Source: Azolla caroliniana
Taxonomy: Eukaryota; Plantae; Polypodiophyta
Direction of reading: 5' to 3'
DNA length: 64,000 nt
Assembly: GCA_043228905.1 (NCBI GenBank)
Contig: JBHGNT010000006.1
Coordinates: 13,640,001 to 13,704,000, forward strand
The translations under genes and the position numbers were made by a program. Each line of letters begins with the position of its first letter. Within the stretch, counting starts at the first letter, position 1. The notes beneath the pieces are model-generated. The model did not search any database. It saw only the letters and a program-made list of their open reading frames with translations, and was not told the DNA's origin. Positions 33,868-46,278 of this stretch are shown in pieces.

Positions 33868-35515
33868 CTAGGGAAGATGGTGAAATATCTTCCCTAGAGG
33901 ATATTAAGGACGAGATAAAAAAGGTTAAGGAAGAGGTTAAAAGTGATATGGTATTAGCAAAAATTGGGTGGGTTGATGTAGTAAAACGTAATATTAAAAA
34001 GGAACTAAAGGATGAAAACATTGTAAACACTACCCTTGAGGAGGAAAAAATGTGTCAAGCTCGGCACCTAAATGTACCAGTTACTAGGCTCAAGGAAGGG
34101 GCATCTCCCAACGAAGATGCACAAACATTAGGGAAAATGTTGGGGTACGAATCCCTACCAATTACTAAAACTTGGAGGGTAGGATGTGACACCACTAGGA
34201 AAAGAGCTTTGGTCCTTCAGTTTAAGGACTCAGAATCTAGAATCACATTTTTTTAAAAGAGACAAATTCTTCGAGGATTGGGCAGGGACCCTATGTACCC
34301 CGATGAAGACCTCACCAAGATGCAAATTGAGCATCGTAAAACTTGTATGCCTCGAGTCATACAAGCTTGTAAAGAGGGGCATCATGCTTTTTACCGAGAT
34401 GGACATGTGACAATAAATGATCACGCCGCCAATTGATGGCGTGTGGCCCATGTGAAAGACAATAAACTTAGGATGACTTTATGGAACTGTAACGGTGCAC
34501 TTTGGACACACCCTGGCCGTCTAGAGGAGATTTTGAAGGTATCTGACATACTTTTTTTAGTAGAAACACATCAGAGTCCAAATCGAGGGCTACCACGAGT
34601 TGACGGTTTTCGTTGGGAATCTGTCTTTACACAAACCTCACGTTGACACACTACTAGAGGGTCTGGAGGGGTTGGGATACTATTTCGGAGAGAGATACAT
34701 AATAGGATAGAAATACTAAAGACATACCTAGAAGCCCATTTTATGTGGGTGAAAGTCCTCACTAGCAAGGATCAGACGATATTTATCATCATTTGTTACT
34801 TCCCCCCGAAAGGATCCCGATATAATATGGCTGGAGAGGCGAGTATAGTTGATGAAGGAACGCCACATGGGCCTTCTCCATATGAACCTTTATCGGATGA
34901 CATAATCCGATATTCTTCTCAAGGGGGAGTCTTCCTTGTAGGAGATTTCAATGTGAAAACCCAATCCTGATAATGCACAATATTTCAGATGGATAGAAAC
35001 CTAGAAATGGTGAATGTCGACCCTTTAGCCTTAGACATAACACATACATCAAAGGATCAAGGTGCGGACACCACAAGCTTTGGCCATCATCTGCTTGAAC
35101 TTGGAAGTCGACACCAGATGATCATATATAATGGTGAGGCCGAAACTGGATGTCGAGTACCCGGTGAGAACCGGATGATGAGTACCCGGCAACGGAAGAC
35201 CCGGCGAGAACCGGATGACGAGTACCCGGCAAGAGCCGGATGGTGAAGACCCGGTGAGAACTGGATGTGGAGTACCGGGCAACGGAAGACCCGGTGAGAA
35301 CCGGATGACGTGTGCCCGGCAAGCGCCGGATGATGTAGGCCCGGTGAGGAGTGCTCACCGGATGAAGGGACATATTCGTAAATATGTTTCTGAGAGTCCA
35401 TTGGGGCTATATTTGTAAATAGCCGGAAATTCATATTAGTATAAATATGACTTAGGGCAAACTTAGTATTGTTGTTGTCATTCTTGTTGGTGCAAGATTA
35501 GAGCGTGTAACTGTG

Positions 35516-35555
<40 letters not shown>

Positions 35556-38500
35556 GAGGTCGTTGCCTCTGTTGTAACCGCCGCCTGTGGCGAAGATAGC
35601 AAGCTCGAGGTCGTTGCTTCGGTGCTTTACTATTGTACATTCTGATATAGTGATAGTTTGCAATCTGTGGGCTGCCGTGGTTTTTCCCTAGTTTGGGTTT
35701 TCCATGTTAACATCCTGTGTACTCTTCTCTTCACTGTGTCGTGCGTTCATTACCCGTTTTCTGTGTTTTATCCTAGGCTCGCTTGTGGCCGAGCGTTGTT
35801 CATCAAGAGCGTGTGTTCCTGACAAAGTGGTATCAGAGCGAAACGACACAGAAAAATGGATGAATCATTGGGAGGCATGTTCAAGCTCACCGGCTCCAAC
35901 TATTTCATGTGGAAGTCGAAGATGAGGGACATGCTCGTGGTTAAAGATCTTTGGTTGCTGGTTCAGTTCGAGGACAAGAGACCGGACAAAATCGACGCCA
36001 CGATATGGGAGGTGATGCACATGAAGACAACGGCTTACATACGGTGCTTCATCGACATGAGTCTATACAACAACTTCAATGAAGAGAGCAAGGCTCATGA
36101 GCTCTGGGAGAAGATCGGCATTATGTTTCAAAACAAAAATGTTGTTAATCAGGTTTCGGTATTTCGGAAGCTAGTCAACCAAACCATCACACCATAATAC
36201 ATTTCATTCATGAGCTCGCTGACATCTACTCCCGACATGTTCAAGCCCATCTCTCCTCTTTTGATTCTTCCTTGCCTTTAGAGAACCTCACTACAGAACT
36301 CGCACACATCCTTCACTCAACAACAATTAGTAGCTTCCCATACACAAAACACTCCAATCATAGTAGAATAGGGTCTATGCCACAGAACAAGTGGTATGAT
36401 GAGGATTGTAGAGAGTTTTATAGACAACTTAAAGTGTCGCGACATAATGGTACTATTTCCTTAGTACAGGCTCGCAAAGAGATGCACAAGATGACACGTC
36501 GTAAAAGACGAGCTTGGGAAGCATCTCAATATTGGGAACTCTACCATATGCTCATGAGTAGGGACTGGGCCCTTGCATGGAAGAGACTACGGGAACCGCG
36601 ACCACAAACACCCATCGAGGATCCAAATATTTGGCACACATATATCGAGAGACTCTACCATGTCCCGAACCAACCACCCTTTCCAATGCCTTCCACACCT
36701 CAACCTACCATGGGGACACTTTTCACGACCTCTAGGGTCACGAAGGTCATAAAAAAATTACAACATAAGAAGTCCATGGACCACACAGGATTGTGAGCCG
36801 AGCACATCATATATGCTTGAGAGTGCCTAGCCCCCTTTCTCACTCTAATCTTCAACCGTGCCCTCACCAAGGGTTTTCTACCACAATGGACCATGAACAC
36901 AGTGGCTCCTATACATAAAGGAGGGGACCCAATGGACCCAAATACATATAGGACCATTATGATAGGTCATACGCTCACTAAACTATATGGTGCAGTAATG
37001 GAAGCGGAGCTCAAGGATTATATGGAAACATTAAGACTTTGAGCACCTGACTAGGCTAGCTTTAGACGAGCCTTCTCCATTATTGACCATATCTTCACAC
37101 TTAAGTGCTTAATTGACCAGACGAAGGCTCGTAAGAAGAAACTATATTGTTTCTTTGTGGACTTTCGCAAAGCCTTTGACCAAGTTCCTAGGAAGAGGTT
37201 GTTTGATAGACTTAAGAGCTTGGAGATACCAAATGACATGATCTGGGCCATTTATGCCCTATATGAGCAAGTCTCTGGGTGCATAAGATGCCCAGGTGGC
37301 ATATCCGATTGTTTCACTAGCACCATTGGTGTAAAACAAGGTTGCCCCCTATCACCAACTCTTTTTGGGATCTACGTTGATGAGATCATTGATTTTATTG
37401 CTCGTAAGGGAGGCAAGGGAGTAGCTATTGGGGATACGCAATTTAGTCTCTTACTCTATGCAGACGACATTGTCTTGCTCTTAGAGTCAGAACACGACCT
37501 ACAAAAGCATCTTAATGCCCTAGATGACTTTTGTACACAATGAGGACTAGTAGTGAATCTAACGAAAACTAAAGTCCTTATCTTTCATACATTGTCCCGA
37601 GTTAGGAGTAAATGTCACCTAATCCTCCCTCATAAACTAATTGAGGTAGTTGGATCATATGTATACTTGGGAGTCACTTTTAGTACTCGATCAGGTAAAT
37701 TTTCGATGACCCAAGCAACCAAAGATAGGCTAACGAGACGGTATGCATCCCTCTCACTCTTAGAGAGACAATGCAACCAAACATACTTTCAAGAGCCACA
37801 GACTAAGGGATGGCTCTTCGACTCGTTAGTGACCCCTTCCCTCATGTATGCATCAATAGTATGGGCTCTAGGTCTACCATCTTTCATGTCGATGCAATTA
37901 GAGAGACCTTTGGTGATGATGTTATCTCGTCAACTCCGAACCAAATCGACAGTACCACATGACATTATTAGAGCAGAGTTCATTCTGCCCCTGATGTTAG
38001 TAGAAGCACTTTTTCAAGTGGTAGTTTTTATTCATCGAATACATAGCCAACCACAAGATAGGATATCCCGTCGAGCCTTTGAGGCATCCCAATCCCTACA
38101 TGCGTCTAGAGACACTAGCTCTTGGTATAGCATTGTGGGTGAGTTGGTTACTTGCAAAAGGCATAGACATTAATAACCTACCTCCCCTTAAGTACAACCA
38201 TGGGACTGATCAAACTCTAATCTCTCATGAAGACCATAATAAAGTGATACGCCAAGAAATATGGCAAATTTACACTCGATATAAATGGATCATGCCACGA
38301 GAGCCAATCCCATCTAAAATGTTGTACTATAAGGAACACTTCTTGCACTTCTCTAAGTTAGGTTTTATTACACGACCAAGATATCTAGATACATTCTTAT
38401 CAAATGCACTAAGGTGGCCATTGGACAACTTGGGATATCACCTCACCAACTTGAGATTGAGAATGGTCGGGCTAATAGAATCCCTAGAGAGGAAAGGCTA

Positions 38501-39335
38501 TGTAGGTTATGCCACATAGAGATAGAGGATGAGTATCACTTCACATGCAAGTGCCCAACTTATGCCAAGGGTATGGGCGGAATACCAAGACATATTAGGA
38601 CCCTCTCCCACCCTCTCCAAACTATTAGATACCCCGGATGTAAAGAGACTAGGAAGGTATATCTTAGAGCTAAAACAACATAGGGAGAATAAATTACAAA
38701 GTGTTAACTATAACCCTTTTACTATTCATCAACATGTAACTAGTGTAGTTTTTTCAGGAACAAGGGGAGACGATGAATGTGGATACACACACTTACGCCG
38801 CTCGGCCTTTCTCTTGAGGACGCAAAAATGCAAAGAACAACCAAACACCCTTGGATGTTGGGCTTCAAAACAAGTCGACACGGAGTAGAAAAGATTAAGA
38901 AGATAAGGGAACGTGAGCTACGTCGACTAGAAGCTATGGTTGGGGTACCTTTAACATTGGGACCACGGGGCACACCACATCGAAACCCTTTCTTTGACCT
39001 CCCGCTTCTCTTCGAGAGACTTGGATGGAAATGAAATTAGGCCTAGTATAACATCATTTTTATTGTAGAACATGTTTTTTATATAGAACATGTTTGTTAT
39101 TTTACTAGAACTATTTATCTTAAAACTCTATTTTTATCTTATTTTTATTTTTATTTTTATTTTTATTTTTATTTTTATTTTATACTTTCGATGAATGGGT
39201 AAATATCCCATTTTTGTTGTAAACCATTTGTCTCATGGGCCAATTTTGGCCTTAGAAGACGTTAATATATCTTTCTTTCTCATGGGCAAATTTTGGTCTT
39301 GAGAAGACGTTTATATATCTTTGTTTGTTTGTTTG
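33868..39335 (+). mobile_element. RTEX/RTE-like non-LTR retrotransposon, copy 1 (5'-truncated, decayed)
   Basis: Partial ORF1, APE (LWNCNG, LVETH, VGDFN), RT (VDFRKAFD, GVKQGCPLSPTLF, LLYADD) and C-terminal CRLC..EDEYHF..C. Microsatellite tail. Colinear with copy 2. Confidence 0.92.
35135..36175 (+). mobile_element. Copia fragment (LTR, PBS and gag 5' end) inside LINE 1
   Basis: LTR-like 35135-35824 with CCGGTGAGAACCGGATG repeats and TATAAAT. PBS TGGTATCAGAGC at 35828-35839. Gag start MDESLGGMFKLTGSNYFMWK at 35856. Confidence 0.88.
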
Positions 39336-39760
39336 TGTGTGTAACGATCTTGTTGTCTGCTGATCTACTTGTTTGTTAGACAATCATCATCATCACTAAT
39401 TCATATGTGTCTACGTATGTATACATACATGCATACATATGTACATACATACATATGTATGTATGTGTACATTGTACATATATGCTTTAATTTGGGAACT
39501 CTTTATATTCATTATTCATGAGTTTATTATTATTGTTGGTATTCTCTTCTTCTACCGCCCCCCCCCCCCGCCTTTCTCTTAAAGAAACAACGCCATCGCC
39601 AACGCCAACGCCAACGCCAACGCCAACGCCATCGCCAACAAAATAATCAAAAACCAAAAGCAAGCAGTCTGAGAGTTGAGAAAGCAAGAAGAATAGCCAG
39701 TCCTTTACGTTCCTCGCTCTGTCACCAAATCTCCTTTCTCCTGACTATCATCTTATATCC

Positions 39761-41515
39761 ATGGCGATGGCAGCCTCAACCCTAAACCCTAAGAAAAGGA
39801 AGTGTAGCAGTGAAGATGCCATGAATAAAATCTCCAAGAAGAAGAAGAAGGAGAAGAAATCACCCAAGAAAGAAAAAGCGAATAAAACGAAACCTACTGC
39901 CCAAGACAGCAAAAACTCGCTGTTTGTAAGGCTTATTGATTCCGGTACGATATTGGAACACGAACCTGTGTTTTATTTGAGAAAGAAAGACAAAGCAGTG
40001 ATGAAGGAGGGGTGGTTCACGCGTGATGGTGTTTTGTGTGCCTGTTGCAACCAACTATTCCTTCTGTCAAAGTTCGAAGTGCATGCAGGTAGTAGTTTGC
40101 ACCGTCCCAGTGCCAACATGTTTCTGAGGGATGGACGATCAATCACGCAATGTCAACAATCGATTGAAGGTCCTCTGTCGAGCTCGAGCTCGAGCTCGGT
40201 TAGAATAATAAGTGACGGTCCTTATGGGAAAATAAGGGAGAGTTTGTATGATTGCACAAGCGAGGGTAACTCATATAGAAAACTAAGTGAGGCTTCATAT
40301 GGACAAGTTAGAGATGAAGGCCCCTCTTCTGGATTTGTTTCAGATCAATCGGTTGATGGCGACAATGTTTGCTTGATGTGTGGCGATGTTGGCGAGCTTA
40401 TACTATGTGACACTTGTTCTTCGGCTTTCCATGCCAAATGTCTTTATCTCGATGATTTTCCCGAGGGCACTTGGCAATGTTCTTGTTGTAGGTGTAGGGC
40501 ATGTGGAGAGGGCCTTGATAACCATGGCCATGAAGAGAACATTGAGAGCAAAAAAGTGGGCCGTGATACCCAGATTAGAGATGATCATGTCAGCCATGAT
40601 GGGGATCCTAATAGCCATGTTGGAGAGGACCTTGTTAACCATGAAGAGAACCTAAATAGCTCTGGAGAAGACCTTGAGAACCGTCAGGGACATCCATCTA
40701 ACGTGCTTTGTTGCTCGCATTGCAATGAGACTTACCATCGCAAGTGTGTTGATGTGGATTCTTATCAAGAATCAGAAAACCCATGGTTTTGTAGCAAGCA
40801 TTGTAGGCACGTGTTCAAGAGTCTGCGGAATATAGTTGGCCAAGTCTTCCACCTTGACAATGGAGACCTTTCATGGGTGCTTCTGAGGTCCTTTGAAGAG
40901 GATAATGGACCCTCGGCCGTGAACCTTGAAAAGAAGCTTTCTGAGGGGCTGAAAATATTTCGAGAATGCTTCGACCCCATCCTTGACTATGTTACTAAAC
41001 TCGATTTCCTTTCTCAAACCACTTTCAACAAGAAAGCTAACATTCGAAGGTTGGATTGTCGAGGGTTCTATATGTTCCTGTTGATGAAAGGAGAAGAGGC
41101 TGTCTCCGTGGCAACAATAAGAATACATGGAAATCGATTAGCTGAGATGCCTTTCATTGCTACAAAAGGTATGTTCCGCAAACTAGGGATGTGTAAGGTA
41201 TTGATGAGAGCAATGGAAGGAATGCTTCAAAAAGTGGGAGTTTATAGATTAATATTACCATCAATCCCAGAGTTGATAGACTCATGGACTGGTCGGTTTG
41301 GATTTAAAGCAATGAGCTTCGAAGAACGAAAAGAGGTTTCAGACTTGATCTTGATGTCTTTTGCGGGGACAAGTTTTCTCCACAAAGACTTGTTTGAATT
41401 TGGTGTTATTCAACAAGATGTAGAAGATAATGAATCCAGAACAGCATTACCCCGTCGAGGTTTGATTCGGGTTAAGGTCAAGTTATTGCCACCTCAACCT
41501 ATTAGTTGCCATTGA
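39761..41515 (+). CDS. IDM1-like protein (Jas/Tify-type domain, PHD fingers, GNAT acetyltransferase), single exon
   Basis: Intact 584-aa ORF. Basic NLS; GVLCACCNQLFLLSKFEVHAG; PHD CLMCGDVGELILCDTCSSAFHAKC..WQC; split second PHD; RLDCRGFY..VSVATIRIHGNRLAEMPFIAT..RKLGMC..WTGRFGF. Confidence 0.92.
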   Translation: MAMAASTLNPKKRKCSSEDAMNKISKKKKKEKKSPKKEKANKTKPTAQDSKNSLFVRLIDSGTILEHEPVFYLRKKDKAVMKEGWFTRDGVLCACCNQLFLLSKFEVHAGSSLHRPSANMFLRDGRSITQCQQSIEGPLSSSSSSSVRIISDGPYGKIRESLYDCTSEGNSYRKLSEASYGQVRDEGPSSGFVSDQSVDGDNVCLMCGDVGELILCDTCSSAFHAKCLYLDDFPEGTWQCSCCRCRACGEGLDNHGHEENIESKKVGRDTQIRDDHVSHDGDPNSHVGEDLVNHEENLNSSGEDLENRQGHPSNVLCCSHCNETYHRKCVDVDSYQESENPWFCSKHCRHVFKSLRNIVGQVFHLDNGDLSWVLLRSFEEDNGPSAVNLEKKLSEGLKIFRECFDPILDYVTKLDFLSQTTFNKKANIRRLDCRGFYMFLLMKGEEAVSVATIRIHGNRLAEMPFIATKGMFRKLGMCKVLMRAMEGMLQKVGVYRLILPSIPELIDSWTGRFGFKAMSFEERKEVSDLILMSFAGTSFLHKDLFEFGVIQQDVEDNESRTALPRRGLIRVKVKLLPPQPISCH

Positions 41516-42689
41516 TTCATCAAACTCTTCCAGAAGTAATTTGGAGCTTTTTATTGCTGCACTTTACCCCACATTGGTTAAACACTGATTGATATTTTGA
41601 ACTTGCCCTTCAGTATATAATAGGAAAACGATTTTGTGGAAAATATTTATTAAAGGGGATTTTGTCCAAAGTATTCATGGAGGGAAAAATATATGGTCAA
41701 AAGATTTGTGATGTATCTGCAAAGATCATTTAATTGTGTGCTATTTCCTCATAATTTCATGAGATGATATATTGGCTGATTTCTATTCTAAAAGGAAATT
41801 TTGCTGAACTTGCAACCAAATGAAGCTGGTCTATTTTGCTATTTGTTTACAAAGTAGATTGGTGCTGATTCCTTTGTACTCCACGAAGTTTTTTACACAC
41901 ATCACCTGTTAGCAGAGTAATGCAAGTCAAATTATGTAGCTATTAATGATAGCTCTCCCACATCATCAGAATATCTTATTTGGTCACGAACTCGTACAGA
42001 GGATTTTGTTCTGATTCATAATGTCATGTATAGTTCTCTAACATAATCTGATGTTCATGAGTAGCAACAAACCTTATGCAAAGGTATTTGCTTGATAAAC
42101 ATGTTTTATGTTATGAGATACAATGAACCTCACGTCCTTTGGTTTTTTTAGGTAGTCAACTTGTAGTAAAGGAACTTGTGAGTCCAATGAAGTCAGCGGC
42201 CGTTTTCTTTTCCAAAATGAGTTGTTGCATTAGATTAGATTCCACTCTCCCGCAACCACTACAAAAAGATAACGTGGTCAATCAAGAATTGAAGCATTAG
42301 ATATAGTAATTATTATGTGAGACAAGAAAATGAGAAAGAAAGAAAGAAAGAAAGAAATATTAACATCTTCTAAGGCCAAATTTGGCCCATGAGACAATTG
42401 GTTTACAACAAAAGAGTATTTATCCAGTCATCATAACTAAAATAAAATTAAGTAAAAAATAGAACTTAAACTAAAAGAGTTTAGTAGTGTACAATACGTA
42501 GTATACTCGAAAGTGACTATACACTAAGCCTAATTTTATTTCCACCCAAGCCTCTCGAAAAGAAGTGGGGGGTCAAAGGGTCTTGATGTGGGTGTGACCC
42601 GTGGTTCCAATGTAGAGAGTGCCCTAGCCATGGCTTCTAGGCGGTGTAGCTCACGTTCCCTTATTTTCAATATTGCTTCCACATCATGT

Positions 42690-45600
42690 CGAGTTGCTTT
42701 GAAACCCGGCACCCGAGGACGTCTGGCTCTTCTCTGGTTTTCTGTCTCATCAATGGAAAGGCCGAGTGGTGCAAGTGTGTCGACATTCGTTGTCTCCCCC
42801 TGTTCCTAAAAAACTTCATTTGTTACATGTTCGTGATCATTAACAACATTATTGTCAACATTTTGTAACTTATTCTCTCTGTGTTGTTTTAGCTCTAGAA
42901 TGTATTTGCCTAATTTCTTTATATCTAGAGTATCTAATAGTTTGGGGAGGGTGGGAGACGAACCAAGTATGTCTTGGTATTTTGCCCTTATCTCGGCATA
43001 GGTTGGACACTTGCATGTAAAGTGGTACTCATCCTCTATCTCTATGTGACATAACCTACATATCCTTTCCTCCCTAGGGACTCCACTAGTACGACCATTC
43101 TCAATCTCAAGTTGGTGAGATGATATTCTAAGTTGTCCAATGGCAAACCTTAGTGCATGTGGTAAGAATACATCTAGATATTTTGGCCACGTGATAAAAC
43201 CTAACTCAGAGAAGTGCATGAAGTGTTTCTTATAGTACAACATTTTAGATGGGAGTGGCTCTAGTGGGGTGATCCATTTACACCGAGTGTAAATTTGCCA
43301 TATTTCCTGGCGTATTACTTTATTGCGGTCCTCATGAGAGATTAAAGTGTTATCACTTGTGTGGTTGTACCTAAGGGGAGGTAGGTTATTAATGTCTAGA
43401 CCATTCGCAAGAAGCCAACTCACCATCATGCCATACCATGAGCTAGTATAGTCGGACTCATACAATGATCGAGAGGCCTTAAAGGCTTGATGAGATATTC
43501 TATCATGTGGTTGGCTATGTATCCTGTGAATGAAGACTACAAGTTGAAAAAGTGCCTCTACTAACATTGGGGGTAACGTGAACTCAGCCCTAATAATGTC
43601 ATGTGGTACAGTCGATTTGCTTCGGAGTTGGCGTGATAGCATCATCACCAATGGTCTCTCTAATTGCGTCCACATGAAAGATGGTAATCTTGGAGCCCAA
43701 ACCGTTGATGCATACATGAGGGAGGGGGTCACTAATGAGTCAAAGAGCCACCCTTTAGTTCGTGGCTCTTGAAAGTGTGCTTGGTGGCATTGTCTCTCTA
43801 GGAGTGAGAGGGATGCATGTCCTCTCGTGAGTCTATCCTTCGCTGCCTATGTCATCGAAAATTTACCTGAGCGGGCACTAAAAGTGACTCTGAGATAGAC
43901 GTATGATCCAACCACCTCGACTGGGCTATAGGAGATAGTTAGGTGACACTTAGCTCTAACTTGGGCCGATGTGTGGAAGATAAGGACTTTCGTTTTCCCT
44001 AGATTCACTACCAATCCTCGTTGTACACAAAAGTCATCTAAGGCATTAAGGTGCCTTTGTAGGTCATGTTCGGATTCAGAGAGCAAAACTATGTCATCTG
44101 CATAGAGCAAGATACGAACCTGCGTATCCCCAAGGACCACTTCGGTGCCTCCCTCACGAGCAATAAAATCTGTGATCTCATCAATGTAGATCCCAAAAAG
44201 CGTCGGTGATAGGGGGCAACCTTGTTTTACACCAATAGTGCTAGTGAAATGATTAGATAGGCCACCTGGGCATCAGACACACCCGAACACTTGTTCATAT
44301 AGTGCGTAGATGGCCCATACCATATCATCTGGTATCCTCAAGCTTTTAAGTCTATCAAACAACCGCTCTCTAGGGACTGTATCAAAGGCTTTGCGGAAGT
44401 CCACAAAACAACAATACAATTTCTTCTTGCGAGCCTTAGTTTGGTCAATTAGGCATCTAAGTGTGAAGATATGATCAATAGTGGAGAAGGCTCGTCTAAA
44501 GCCAGCTTGTTCAGGTGCACGAAGGTTTAGGGTCTCCATATAGTCGCTAAGCTCTGCTTCCATTATTGCACCATATAACTTAGCAAGGGTATGGCCTATC
44601 ATAATGGTCCTATATGTATTTGGGTCCATGGGGTCCCCCCCTTTATATATGGGGGCCACTGTATTCATAGTCCACTGTGGTGGAAAACCCTCCGCAAGGG
44701 CACGATTGAAGATTAGAGTTAGCAAGGGAGCTAGGCATTCTCTCGCATATATAATGTGTTCTGCTCGCAATCCTGTGTGGTCCATGGACTTCCTATGTTG
44801 TAATTTCTTTATGACCTTCACGACCCTAGAGGTCGTGAAAAGTGTCCCCGTGGTAGGCCGGGGTGTGGAAGGCATTGGAATGGGTGGTTGGTTTGGGATT
44901 TGGTAAAGTCTCTCTCTATATATGTGCCAAGTTTCGGGATCTTCGATGGGTGTTTGTGGTCTTGGCTCCCGTAGTCTCTTCCATGCCGTGGCGCAATCGC
45001 TACTCATGAGCATATGGTAGAGTTCCCAATATTGGGATGCCTCCCACACTCGTCTCTTACGACGTGTCATCTTGTGCATTTCTTTGCGAGCTTGTATGGA
45101 GGTAATACTACCATTGAGTTGCGATACTGTAAGTTGTCTATGTAAGTCCCTACAATCCTCATCATACCATTTATTTTGTGGCATTGATCCTGATCTACCT
45201 TGATTTGAGTGTTTTGTATATGGGAAACTGCTAGCTGCAGAGTGAAGGATGTGTGTGAGTTTCGTACTAAGGCTTTCTAACGGTAGGGAGGGATCAAGGG
45301 AGGGGAGATGGGCCTGAACATGTTGAGAGTATATGTCAGAGAGCTCATGTGTGAAATGTATTGTGGTGTGATGACATGGTTGACTAGACTTGGTGACCTT
45401 AGAGTTATCACATTTTAGCTCGAAGTATAAGAAACTATGGTCTGCGCCAATAGGGCATGGGGCCACTCGGAAGGAGTTAATCATGTGGGTAGCTTCAGGG
45501 CGTCCTATTAGATAATCAATTGTGCTTTCCCCTCCTCCATGTGGGAAACATGTGAGCTCTTCCGAGCCCGACCACTTAGCTAAACCATTATATATGACCA

Positions 45601-46272
45601 TCCGGTGCCGACTGCCAAGTTCGAGCAGATGATGGCCAAAGCTCGTGGCGTCCGCACCTTGATCCTTTGATCTACGTGTGGTGCCTATGTCTAAAGGATC
45701 GACATTTACCATTTCTAGGTTTCTATTCATCTGAAATACTGTGCATTGTCGGGATTGGGTTCTCGCATTGAAGTCTCCTACAAGAAATACTTCTCCTTGG
45801 GAAGAATATCGGATTATGTCATCCGATAGGGGTTCGTATGGAGAAGGCCCATGTGGCATTCCTTCATCGACTAATCTCGCCAAGCCACCAATATTATAAC
45901 AGGATCCTTTTGGGGGAAAGTAACAAATGACGAAAAATACTGCCTGGCCTTTGCTTGTGGAGACTTTCATCCACATAAAACGAGCTTCTGGGTCTATCTT
46001 CATTATTTCTATCCTATTAGCTCTCTACGAAACAGTATCACAACACCACCAGATCGTCTAGTAGTGTGTCGACGTGAGGTTTGTCTAAAAGCGGACTCCC
46101 AACGGAATCCTTCGACCCGTGGGAGTCCTCTATTTGGGCTCTGATGTGTTTCTACCAATAAAAGTATATCAGATACCTTTAGTATCTCCTCTAGGCGGCT
46201 GGGGTGTGCCCAGAGTGCGTCGTTACAATTCCATAAGGTCATCCTAAGTGCATTTTCTGTCACATGGGCCAC
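42690..46272 (-). pseudogene. LINE 2 ORF2 (APE-RT-zinc knuckle) with a few stops and frameshifts
   Basis: ORFs 46009-46272, 44273-46003, 43847-44140 and 42806-43732. Confidence 0.9.
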
Positions 46273-46278
46273 ACGTCG

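Noticed and set aside
35049-35434. Repetitive ORFs within LINE 1
   Set aside because: They are translations of the tandem repeats in the inserted Copia LTR.
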